This document shows, in pieces, positions 27,926 to 36,438 of a stretch of 51,001 nucleotides of DNA; position 1 is the first letter of the stretch, and every line of letters starts with the position of its first letter. The DNA comes from an uncultured Saprospiraceae bacterium (GTDB lineage: Bacteria; Bacteroidota; Bacteroidia; Chitinophagales; Saprospiraceae): the NCBI GenBank assembly GCA_964402245.1, contig CAYOBX010000001.1:1-51001 (forward strand). Reading direction: 5' to 3'. The notes beneath the pieces were generated by a model. It was not told the origin of the DNA, ran no database searches, and saw nothing but the letters and a program-made list of their open reading frames with translations. The translations under genes and the position numbers were made by a program.

Positions 27926-28303
27926 TTAGTGTTCACTAGGCAATAGTAAAACATTACCTTCCATCCAAAGCGTGATGCTATATAATGGGAAAGTGGTAAA
28001 ATTAAGGGTAAAAGTTTCAATAATTTTCTTGTTACCATTCTCAATGGTGATGATACAACCTTCACCTCGTCTTACCAGTCGCCACACTTGAAAATCAAGC
28101 GCTTTGATTTTTGAATTAATTTGATGGCTAAATATAAATTCCAATAGCCAATAGCATTCTGCATTTTTGGCTAAGAATCTCACTCCATCGGTGTAACGGA
28201 AGGCTTTGAACAGCGGATGGAAATAATACTGTGTCGTGCCTGAAAACTGCTTGAGGGCAGCTAATAACTCGCCTTTACTCATGTATGTAAAAGTTTTGGA
28301 CAT
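27926..28303 (-). CDS. DUF6876-like protein (125 aa), paralog of 446..832
   Basis: 53/113 identical to the 128-aa ORF, with the same LLLPSEH ending. Confidence 0.65.
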   Translation of the reverse strand: MSKTFTYMSKGELLAALKQFSGTTQYYFHPLFKAFRYTDGVRFLAKNAECYWLLEFIFSHQINSKIKALDFQVWRLVRRGEGCIITIENGNKKIIETFTLNFTTFPLYSITLWMEGNVLLLPSEH

Positions 28304-28450
28304 GGTTAGACCATGTGTTAAAAAATGAAGTTAAGCGTAGTTATAGCAAAGGATTATTGCAGTATTATTACAGCGACCGTAATTTGAATCGAATAGGTAA
28401 AAGTTGTATCTTTAGGGCAGAAACTAAGTAGAGAGAGTTTCACTCATAGT

Positions 28451-28490
28451 GCTTCATTACCTGTTTTACAGCTAATGAAGCCTTTTTATT
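28451..28490 (+). terminator. Orphan plus-strand intrinsic terminator in an ORF-free region
   Basis: GCTTCATTAcCTGTtttACAGcTAATGAAGC followed by CTTTTTATTT. Confidence 0.6.
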
Positions 28491-28669
28491 TCTAGGAGTT
28501 AGGTTGATAAAAGAGAAGTTTGTATTTAATAAAAAACAATGTATTTTTGAATAGCCTTTAATGATTCTCTCTATGTAACGGGGTCGTTTCTCTCTACTTG
28601 GTAAATAGACTCGACCTCGATTTTATTGATTTACTAAAAGCACCATTCAATATAAATATTGGTTAGCTT

Positions 28670-28714
28670 GGTTAAAAAGAAGAAGCCCTAACGCTTGACC
28701 AGCATTAGGGCTTC
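28670..28714 (-). terminator. Intrinsic terminator of the DUF1640-like gene
   Basis: GAAGCCCTAA.GC / GCATTAGGGCTTC stem followed on the minus strand by TTCTTTTT. Confidence 0.65.
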
Positions 28715-28745
28715 ATTCCGTAATGGATATACGATAATTTTAGGC

Positions 28746-29078
28746 TTATCCAATCAGTTTAATGAGGGCAACAGTCAATCCCACACCACCAAGTACAGTA
28801 GCCATCATGGTTTTTTGTAGACTGATGATAGTGTCTTTTACATTGATACTGATATTGGAAATATCTTCTTTAAGTCCGTCTCGGACGCTATCAATTCTTT
28901 CATTAAGTCTTTTTTCTGATTGACGTAAATCTTCTTTTGTAGCAACGCCATTGAGGGTAATTTCTTGAATCGCTTCAATGAAACCTTCTGCTTCTTGTTC
29001 TGAATAGCCTTTATCTTGAAGTAATTTTACTACTTTATATGTGTCCAGATTCAGGGTTGCAGATTCTGTTGAGAACAT
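28746..29078 (-). CDS. DUF1640-like coiled-coil protein with a C-terminal TM helix (110 aa)
   Basis: LDTYKVVKLLQDKGYSEQEAEGFIEAI opening, coiled coil, and C-terminal MMATVLGGVGLTVALIKLIG. Confidence 0.6.
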   Translation of the reverse strand: MFSTESATLNLDTYKVVKLLQDKGYSEQEAEGFIEAIQEITLNGVATKEDLRQSEKRLNERIDSVRDGLKEDISNISINVKDTIISLQKTMMATVLGGVGLTVALIKLIG

Positions 29079-29243
29079 TTTATGCCTTTCTTAGTGTATA
29101 CACTATAACATAGGCTAAATGACTTGGCAAATAAGAGTAAACTTCTGATTAGAAAAACCTTTAATTATAGACTCAAAGCTTATCTGCTGACTATAACTTT
29201 CCATAACATAAATTATCAAACTGGATTATGATGGTGCTAGTAT

Positions 29244-29483
29244 TTACACAACACGCCAAACTCTGGCACCTTCTCCTTCTGGTCGGCAAACAAATTTCTT
29301 AGGCTTATAGCTGTACAACCGTGTCATAACAGCAAGCTTTCCTTTTTTATCTCTGGGAGGTTCTTCTAGAAATACACTATCGCCTACATCCATATTATCT
29401 GCTAAATGTTTCCAAAGCCCTGTTCTGGTTTTAGTGTTTTCAGGTATAGATACACCTTTTTCTATTTTGATATTTTCAAACAT
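29244..29483 (-). CDS. Hypothetical protein (79 aa)
   Basis: ORF only. Confidence 0.45.
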   Translation of the reverse strand: MFENIKIEKGVSIPENTKTRTGLWKHLADNMDVGDSVFLEEPPRDKKGKLAVMTRLYSYKPKKFVCRPEGEGARVWRVV

Positions 29484-29647
29484 TAGTTGTAATCCTTACA
29501 GTTATTGATGACTTCAACACTAAATCCTATTGCTTTAATAGTCAATTAGTTCTTACAATGTTAAGGTTTCTAATAATGTTAAGGAATTGTGGTAGTATAA
29601 AATATTATCAATTCGCTAAAGGTTCAATCTTGAATATTTATTGTAGG

Positions 29648-30766
29648 TTAATTAATTGAATTAGAAATAGAAAATCTTTTTTTGTAAAATTCATTGTATT
29701 CATGTTTTAATCTACCTAATGGAATTGCTGGATGTATATTTATTTCATTAGCAAAACTGATAATTGTTTCACTTGAAAACTCTTCAGTTTTCTCAATAAA
29801 TTTTTTCCATTTTTTCTTGGGAATTAAATGATTTTCGGCAAAAATATTCGCTTCTTTTTCCTTGGAAGCCTGATTTCCTTTATTTCCAGCTATATCATCT
29901 ATGAAAGGAATTTCATTATTTTTATTTGGTTCTAAATGTCTATAAATATGTCCTAATTCATGAAAAAGCGTAAATGCTAGGTTATCTAAACGCTTGTGCC
30001 TGAGAGTAAGACCAATAGCAGGGTTATCCTTACTCCAAAAAGCAATACCATCTACTGGCACTTGGTCGGCTCTCGGTTCTATAATTAGTTTGATACCATA
30101 TTTGGGTAAAATTTTCTCCAGATTATCAACTATTGACTCGCCTAGAAATACACTTTTCAATTTCTCAATCAATTCTGATTCTGATTCTCGATTAAATGCT
30201 TCGATTTTTTTTAATTTGCTAGCCTTGTATTCCACATACTTAACCCAGCCTAGTAAGTTAACTGGATTTACTTTTAAAACAGGAGATTTTTTAAAATTCT
30301 TATAGGTAGCACTTTCCAATTCCATTTTTATTTCATTGGCACTTTTTACTCCATATATCGTAAAAAGGAAATCTATATCTTTTTCTAGAATATTGGATAA
30401 TTTCTTTAGTTTTTTGAAATAGTTTAAAGCTACGTATTGTTTTAAATCAACCCATTTTCTAATTATAGAAACTTTTTTTTGCAGGTTTTTGTCAAGATTT
30501 GCTTTAGCCAGTTCATAATTAGACTGGAGATTAATCCAGTAATCTTTATCTATACCTAAAGCAGCTTCTAGGATAATAGCTAATTCAGTCGAAATACCTC
30601 TTTTTCCCTTTATAATCTCATTGAGTTGAGAATGTGCCATACCAATGGTAATAGCGAATTCTCTTTGCTTTAAATCTTTCTTATCTAAAATGTCTTTCAA
30701 ATATTCTCCAGGGGGAATTGCTATTGCAGGAGTTAATTTATTGATAACTTTTCCTTGTGCATCCAT
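29648..30766 (-). CDS. XRE/HigA-type HTH fused to an ImmA/IrrE (M78) zinc-peptidase domain (372 aa)
   Basis: N-terminal IPPGEYLKDILDKKDLKQREFAITIGMAHSQLNEIIKGKRGIS (HigA-like HTH). HELGH motif at 29948..29962. Confidence 0.75.
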   Translation of the reverse strand: MDAQGKVINKLTPAIAIPPGEYLKDILDKKDLKQREFAITIGMAHSQLNEIIKGKRGISTELAIILEAALGIDKDYWINLQSNYELAKANLDKNLQKKVSIIRKWVDLKQYVALNYFKKLKKLSNILEKDIDFLFTIYGVKSANEIKMELESATYKNFKKSPVLKVNPVNLLGWVKYVEYKASKLKKIEAFNRESESELIEKLKSVFLGESIVDNLEKILPKYGIKLIIEPRADQVPVDGIAFWSKDNPAIGLTLRHKRLDNLAFTLFHELGHIYRHLEPNKNNEIPFIDDIAGNKGNQASKEKEANIFAENHLIPKKKWKKFIEKTEEFSSETIISFANEINIHPAIPLGRLKHEYNEFYKKRFSISNSIN

Positions 30767-30778
30767 AATTTACCTTCT

Positions 30779-31057
30779 TTATTCAACATTAACAATAAGT
30801 AATTGATTACTAGATACTTGCTTAAAGTAGAGATAAAGCTCCGCATTTAATTGTATTGAGTGAAGGTTATGTTCATTATTAGGAGGGAAATAATCTATAT
30901 ATAGTTTTGATAGTTCAGAAATCTTTGGTACAGCCCGTAGCATTTCTATTGTTTTTATCAATTGCCTTCTTACAAAAAATAAGTTCTTGTTATGGTTATT
31001 AGGCTCTTCATCAGAATATAGTGATTCTAATGCAGAATCTTGAAAAAAGATTTGCAT
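30779..31057 (-). CDS. HigB-like (plasmid maintenance killer / RelE superfamily) toxin candidate (92 aa)
   Basis: Small ORF 12 nt upstream of the HTH gene. F.D..LE.LY start and a C-terminal beta pattern resemble HigB. By-eye call only. Confidence 0.5.
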   Translation of the reverse strand: MQIFFQDSALESLYSDEEPNNHNKNLFFVRRQLIKTIEMLRAVPKISELSKLYIDYFPPNNEHNLHSIQLNAELYLYFKQVSSNQLLIVNVE

Positions 31058-31059
31058 AT

Positions 31060-31080
31060 AGTATAAATAAATATTATACT
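31060..31080. promoter_or_regulatory. 7-7-7 palindrome abutting the HigB-like start codon (possible operator)
   Basis: AGTATAA-ataaata-TTATACT. A short AT-rich palindrome, not statistically compelling on its own. Confidence 0.3.
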
Positions 31081-31416
31081 TGTAAAATAATTTTTTAATT
31101 GATAACTAAGTAACGAACTAATTCACAAATTTGTTACTATTTTTTAAAATCAAAAAAAATAAAATTAACTTTTTTGTTAAGTAATTACAAATTAACGCTT
31201 TTAAAATTACTTTTTCAAATAAAACTTAAATTATTTTCAAGCACTATTAATATAATAGGAAAAAAAGAAGAGGATAGAGCGCCAACTCTAACCTCAGGGT
31301 TCTTAGTTCAATAAGAAATATAAATATATAAAAAATATTTCTTCCCTGAAAGTAAAATTTACTTTTTACGCCTCTTCTCCGTTTCCTATATTTTTTCATA
31401 CTTAAACTTTATAATC

Positions 31417-31755
31417 ATGGGTTATCCTAGATTTGAAATCGACACGGACTCGAAAGGGGAATTTCGTTTTAACTTATTTGCTGTAAACGCTAAAAACATT
31501 TTGCGCTCCAGCGAAGGTTACACCACTAAGCAAAATTGTATAAAAGCAATTGAATCTGTAAAAGCTAATGCCCCTAATGACAATCGGTACAAGCGAGGTA
31601 CTTCCAGTAATGGGCAATATTACTTTGTACTGAATGCTCGTAATGGCGAAGCATTAGGGATTAGCGAAATGTATACTACTGTTGCCAATCGTGAAAATGG
31701 TATTGCGGCAGTAAAACGAGATGCACCTGTCGTAACGATTGTCGATTTGACTTAA
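31417..31755 (+). CDS. YegP/DUF1508 tandem-repeat protein (112 aa)
   Basis: Two repeats of the G.[FY][RY]F.L.A.N...[LI]..SE.Y....... I..VK pattern. Confidence 0.75.
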   Translation: MGYPRFEIDTDSKGEFRFNLFAVNAKNILRSSEGYTTKQNCIKAIESVKANAPNDNRYKRGTSSNGQYYFVLNARNGEALGISEMYTTVANRENGIAAVKRDAPVVTIVDLT

Positions 31756-31929
31756 ATTTTTCTACTGCTTTCTGCTTTTTCTGAAGTAGAAAGCAATCTT
31801 TTTTAGGCAATATTTTGGGTATGACTTATCCAAAGTAAACGGCATTGCTATGCCTAAAAATCAAATAGCGACTTACCCACTAGGTCGCTTTCACTCTATT
31901 TTTTAATCTTTTTTAAAATTTTATTTTTT

Positions 31930-33282
31930 ATGAACTTAGCTAAAATTATTAGTAAGACTTTATTCATTAGTTTTTTGTTTTGTGTTAGTTGTGATATTCC
32001 TCCAGTTGATTTATGTTCAAACGGTATTCTAGACCTAGAAAATGGTGAAATAGGAATTGACTGTGGAGGTATAAACTGTGAAGCTTGCCGACAAGTTGAC
32101 ACCTTCAAGGAAATGGTAATCATAGATACCGCAGTTGTCAATCATCCAGAAGCAAAAATTGGACGATTGTCTTTTGGTCATTTGATAAGAAATATGACTA
32201 CCGATGCTGTAACGAAGGAAGATTTAATCCTAGGCTTTTTGCAATCTTGGGAGCGAGAGCAAACCATCAATAATTTTACAGTTGCACCTAGACCTCGTAT
32301 TAATGAAAGGATAATCAAGCCTTGGATGGAAGCGGACGGTCAGGCTGGTAGTCCGATTGACGAATGGAAAATTAACTTAGATAATGCGCCTTTTAAATTA
32401 CTTGCAGTAGTTAATAGATTAGACTTGCTAAAAGTCAAGGAAGGTCGTGTTACTAATTCTGGTGAGGGACGATTTGTTTACTGTGCTGTTGATTCTAATA
32501 ATCGACCTTTGCCTTTTACGGTGATTTTCGAGTATCAATTACCGATTCTAGATACTACGCAGATTTTTCCTTTGGTCTCTAAGTGGCATAACTTGGGAGC
32601 GCATGAGACTTTTGATTCTAGTTATGTTGAAGCACTTATTGCAGTAACAGAGAACTTTGTAGGAAAAAATGTAATGCCAACTAAGCCAAACGGCAATGCC
32701 TTGAACCAGATACGGACGAATGAGGTAGCGCTTAGTGGTCCCTGGGAATTAAGAGAGTTCAACTTAGACCGAACTGAAGGGATATTCAAAGAAGTGACTA
32801 GGAAAATGACACCCGATTTTTCATTAAACGGTAGTCAGCTATTAACGAAGTTTATACAAGAAAACGAAGAAGCTATTAGGACGGGTCAATTTACAATACC
32901 CTTAGTTTATGACGGGCAACCTTTTTTGGGTGGATTTTGTCCAACCAATTCATCTTCTTTTAAATGGAATGCTCCTGGTGTAAGTAGAGAGTTAATCGAC
33001 AAGTTTTCTATAAAAACATGCAATGGTTGCCACGGAGGGGATACAGGAACACCTTTTACACATATAGGACCACCATCTACTTTGCATGAACCTGCGAGTG
33101 TATCAACATTTCTAATGGGAGAAGAAATGAGTAATAGACTTCGCCTTATGCATGAGCATTTTTTGAAAATTCAAGAATTTAATATAGCTAATAAGCCTTC
33201 TAGCAGAACAGTAGCTATGCCATTAGAAAAACAAATTTCTATCGAAGAGTTGATTAGGCGACGGGCAAATAATGTTCATTAG
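31930..33282 (+). CDS. Probable lipoprotein or secreted protein (450 aa) with an N-terminal Cys-rich module and a single CxxCH motif
   Basis: Signal or lipobox LFISFLFCVSC. CSNG..D.ENGE.G.DCGG..C..C module. CNGCH at 33019..33033. Confidence 0.65.
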   Translation: MNLAKIISKTLFISFLFCVSCDIPPVDLCSNGILDLENGEIGIDCGGINCEACRQVDTFKEMVIIDTAVVNHPEAKIGRLSFGHLIRNMTTDAVTKEDLILGFLQSWEREQTINNFTVAPRPRINERIIKPWMEADGQAGSPIDEWKINLDNAPFKLLAVVNRLDLLKVKEGRVTNSGEGRFVYCAVDSNNRPLPFTVIFEYQLPILDTTQIFPLVSKWHNLGAHETFDSSYVEALIAVTENFVGKNVMPTKPNGNALNQIRTNEVALSGPWELREFNLDRTEGIFKEVTRKMTPDFSLNGSQLLTKFIQENEEAIRTGQFTIPLVYDGQPFLGGFCPTNSSSFKWNAPGVSRELIDKFSIKTCNGCHGGDTGTPFTHIGPPSTLHEPASVSTFLMGEEMSNRLRLMHEHFLKIQEFNIANKPSSRTVAMPLEKQISIEELIRRRANNVH

Positions 33283-33326
33283 TAGCATACGTTGAAATTT
33301 AGTTTTACTAGGAACTTAGTATTAGA

Positions 33327-33370
33327 TAACTTTGTTCATATTGTACTATAACATAATGTGAACAAAGTTA
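33327..33370. promoter_or_regulatory. 12-bp perfect inverted repeat just upstream of the patatin gene
   Basis: TAACTTTGTTCA (33327..33338) / TGAACAAAGTTA (33359..33370) with a 20-nt spacer. Confidence 0.4.
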
Positions 33371-33398
33371 CTTTAACCTTTAAAAAATCAAAATTAAT

Positions 33399-35222
33399 AT
33401 GGATATTCAACCATTAAAAGTCGATGACTTTATTCAAGAGGTGAAGCCTATTTTAGATACTCTAAGAAAAAATGTAGCACAAAACAATACAGAAATTCGA
33501 GTCTCAGATATATTCGATAAAGCAGGTAATCAGTATATTAATCTGGTTCAAGAAGGAGGTGGGCTATTAGGAATTGCTTTAGTTGGATTCACCTATGTTT
33601 TGGAAGAAATGGGCATTCGTTTCTTGAGTTTGGGAGGTACTTCTGCAGGTGCAATTAATACTATTTTTTTAGCTGATGTCGATAAACCTGCAAATAAAAA
33701 AAGTCTTGCAATTTTAAAGAAAATTGCAGGTTTTGATTTTATGCAATTTGTAGATGGAGGCAGACGTGCTAAATGGCTGGTTAATGCAATGGCTAAGGAA
33801 AAAACAGCACTAACCTACTTGTTAGCGGTAATGAATGCACCTAGATTGTTTCAGAAAAAAGGGATTAACCCAGGGACTTTTTTTGAAGACTGGTTAGAAA
33901 AAGAATTAAAGCACAAAAGGTTAGATGCCTTAGACAAGAACATAAAAGATATTCCTGACTTAATCTTAAAAGATGACTACGGGAAGGAAAGAAAGTTAGA
34001 CCCTAAAAAGTTGGCTATTAAATTAGCTATTGTAGCTGCGGATATTACTACGCAAACAAAGGTAGAGTTTCCCAAAATGGCTGAGTTGTATTTAAGAAAT
34101 CCTAAAGTCGAAAGCCCTGCCGCTTTTGTTAGAGCCTCGATGTCAATTCCTGTATTTTTTGAGCCCAAACAATTTAATCTTTCCTCTTTTACTGGTGGGA
34201 AAAAAGATTTTTATCAAGAGAGATGGAAAGCTTTAGCTGATTTTAGGTCTTCTCAACTTCCCGAAAGTGTACAGATGGTAGATGGTGGCGTGATGTCTAA
34301 CTTTCCTATTGATTTATTTCATACAGAAGACACCATTCCTTTGCGACCAACTATTGGTGTCAAATTGGGGATAGATCGGTATAATTTTAAAAAACATGGT
34401 GGCTTATTTAAATTTGCGGGGAATATTTTTGACGGAGTACGGAATTTGAGAGACCATGAGTTTTTAAAAACGAATCAGGAATATCAAGAATTAGTTGAAC
34501 ATATCAATATAGATGATATTAATTGGTTGGATTTTAACCTATCCAACGAAAATCAACTAAGATTATTTAGAGAAGGGGCGGTTGCTGCACAAAATTTTCT
34601 TAACCGTTTTAATTGGACGAATTATAAGAAGCGTTTAAAATCAGAGCTAATTCAGCGCATCAAACCACTTACTTGGGAGTTGTCTAATATTGATGATTTA
34701 GAAGGGGTATTAGAGGTTTTCAAAATAGAAAGAGGCACCCCACTTTTTGAACGGATACAGGAAATAAAAAAACGACCTGAGCCTTATAAAGTGCTTTGGG
34801 TAGATAACTCATTTACCTATACCTTGCCTATGGCTATTTTAGATAAGCTCAATATTTCTTGTATTACTGCTAATAGCTCCGAAGAAGCCTTTGATATTAT
34901 TGATGAACACGATGATATTGACTTAATTATCTCTGATTTAACCAGAGACAATAGCAATATAGGAGGTATTACACTTTGCCAGCGGCTGGCTTTAGATCCT
35001 AAGGCTAAAAATATCTCCGTATTAATTTACGTCCATAGTCAATCAAGTTTAAAAGAAAGATATTTTAAACATTTAAAGGAAACTAATGATTCTATAATCA
35101 GGTCTATCCGTTCTCCTGAAGAAGTAGAATTACCCAAAAATATAATTAATAGTATTGGTAGAAATACTGTTAGTCATAAAGAGTTTATCATGGAGGTTGT
35201 AGAAAATATTGATAAAAGCTAA
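33399..35222 (+). CDS. Patatin-like phospholipase fused to a C-terminal receiver (REC)-like domain (607 aa)
   Basis: GGGLLG oxyanion motif, GTSAG nucleophile elbow (Ser82, 33642..33644), and VDGG catalytic Asp (34281..34283). The C-terminus KVLWVDN...DLIISDL...VLIYVHS fits a CheY-like beta-alpha pattern. Confidence 0.8.
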   Translation: MDIQPLKVDDFIQEVKPILDTLRKNVAQNNTEIRVSDIFDKAGNQYINLVQEGGGLLGIALVGFTYVLEEMGIRFLSLGGTSAGAINTIFLADVDKPANKKSLAILKKIAGFDFMQFVDGGRRAKWLVNAMAKEKTALTYLLAVMNAPRLFQKKGINPGTFFEDWLEKELKHKRLDALDKNIKDIPDLILKDDYGKERKLDPKKLAIKLAIVAADITTQTKVEFPKMAELYLRNPKVESPAAFVRASMSIPVFFEPKQFNLSSFTGGKKDFYQERWKALADFRSSQLPESVQMVDGGVMSNFPIDLFHTEDTIPLRPTIGVKLGIDRYNFKKHGGLFKFAGNIFDGVRNLRDHEFLKTNQEYQELVEHINIDDINWLDFNLSNENQLRLFREGAVAAQNFLNRFNWTNYKKRLKSELIQRIKPLTWELSNIDDLEGVLEVFKIERGTPLFERIQEIKKRPEPYKVLWVDNSFTYTLPMAILDKLNISCITANSSEEAFDIIDEHDDIDLIISDLTRDNSNIGGITLCQRLALDPKAKNISVLIYVHSQSSLKERYFKHLKETNDSIIRSIRSPEEVELPKNIINSIGRNTVSHKEFIMEVVENIDKS

Positions 35223-35286
35223 TTATCATTTGAGTGCGCTACAGTTTAGTGGGTTTTAAATATGTTCAAACATTTAGTTCTCCTGA

Positions 35287-35534
35287 AATTAATGGGTATT
35301 ATCGAACAAAAGGCAAATTTGTCCCACAGGCTTAATTTTCATCGAAAACGGCTATAAAAATAGACTATGGTGATAACGAACGTTAAAATTATAGGATAAG
35401 ACCATACAAAACGCTCATGTATCGCTATGAAATTATTATGGTTTTAGTCCAAAATTTGCCTTAAAACCATAGCATTGTCGGCTATATTTAGTTATGGGAC
35501 ATTTCCGACTTTTGTGCGATATTACCCAATTAAT
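35287..35534. repeat. About 250-bp imperfect palindromic element (MITE-like, or a structured RNA locus)
   Basis: 39-nt terminal arms (35287..35325 / 35496..35534) are complementary at 29/39 positions without gaps. There is an extra internal inverted copy of AAGGCAAATTT at 35447..35468, plus nested CTATGGT/ACCATAG pairs. Confidence 0.55.
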
Positions 35535-35756
35535 CTAGCATTTATATATTTACATGATGTTAAATTTTATTCCAAGTCATTTATCATATAGAGTGGAACG
35601 ATATGAGTCTATGATATAAAGATTAAGTAATTCTTTCTAAGGTTGTTATTTTTGTAAAGAGAGTAAGATTGCTTATGTGAGGTTCTTTCTAATGGTAGAT
35701 GTTATGATTTTTAATTAACTAAGAATTTTTTATTCCTAATAGAAATGGGGGAATGA

Positions 35757-36314
35757 TTAAAACATAGTTACATAATAGGTAATAGCTACAGTTAGAATAA
35801 TAGTAAAAAAAATAAATAGAATAAGATTAATTATTTTAATATTAATAGCTTCTTTTTCCTGTAATCTAGCTAATTCTGCTTGTTCGCACTTATCTAAAAG
35901 CAGGGGAAGAATTGCTTCTAGCCTTGATTGAGAATTTTCTGGAGATTCAGCTTTTACAGCTACCAATATATCTATTATTAAATCGTTGAATAGCTCTTCT
36001 ATTTGTTGTAAATCATTATCAGATGCCATTCCAATCCAGCCAAAGAAGTAGTTTGCTTTTCTTTTAGAGGAAGTTTCCAAACTATAATTGACAGCCTCAA
36101 GTGGTAGAACAGGTCTAGACCTAACGACATAGCCTAGTTTTTTCTCTTTTGGAGAAACTTTGAATTGGTTTATAGCAATTCTCTCAGAGAATGAACCATT
36201 TAGATAATATTTAGCTAAACCTGTAGGTGTTCTATCACTTGCAATCAAAATGGCTGAATAGCCATCTTGAAGACCTGCAATAATAAAAGGTATTTTTGAA
36301 TCTAATTTTATCAT
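35757..36314 (-). CDS. Tail-anchored protein (185 aa), possible Roadblock/LC7 (MglB-like) domain
   Basis: The N-terminal GLQDGYSAILIASDRTPTGLA loosely matches the Roadblock G..A.L+...dG pattern. C-terminal TM helix INLILFIFFTIILTVAITYYV. Last gene of the GTPase operon. Confidence 0.55.
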   Translation of the reverse strand: MIKLDSKIPFIIAGLQDGYSAILIASDRTPTGLAKYYLNGSFSERIAINQFKVSPKEKKLGYVVRSRPVLPLEAVNYSLETSSKRKANYFFGWIGMASDNDLQQIEELFNDLIIDILVAVKAESPENSQSRLEAILPLLLDKCEQAELARLQEKEAINIKIINLILFIFFTIILTVAITYYVTMF

Positions 36315-36438
36315 TCTAGTTGGTCTTTTTAGTTTGAATTATGCATAATGATAACTGATTTGTAATTTTTATTATTTTGAGGTGACGAATATTTATATGC
36401 TATATGAAGGCAATTGCAATTTTTTTGCCATATTTAAT

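Noticed and set aside
28429-28610. 11-bp inverted repeat AAGTAGAGAGA / TCTCTCTACTT about 170 bp apart
   Set aside because: It is low-complexity and of a length expected by chance a few times in this window.
29092-29105. Perfect 14-bp palindrome TAGTGTATACACTA upstream of the DUF1640-like gene
   Set aside because: About three perfect 14-bp palindromes are expected by chance in 51 kb. It could be an operator, but nothing else supports that.
31896-32141. 81-aa minus-strand ORF overlapping the start of the lipoprotein gene
   Set aside because: It is antisense to a well-supported signal-peptide ORF and is a shadow ORF.
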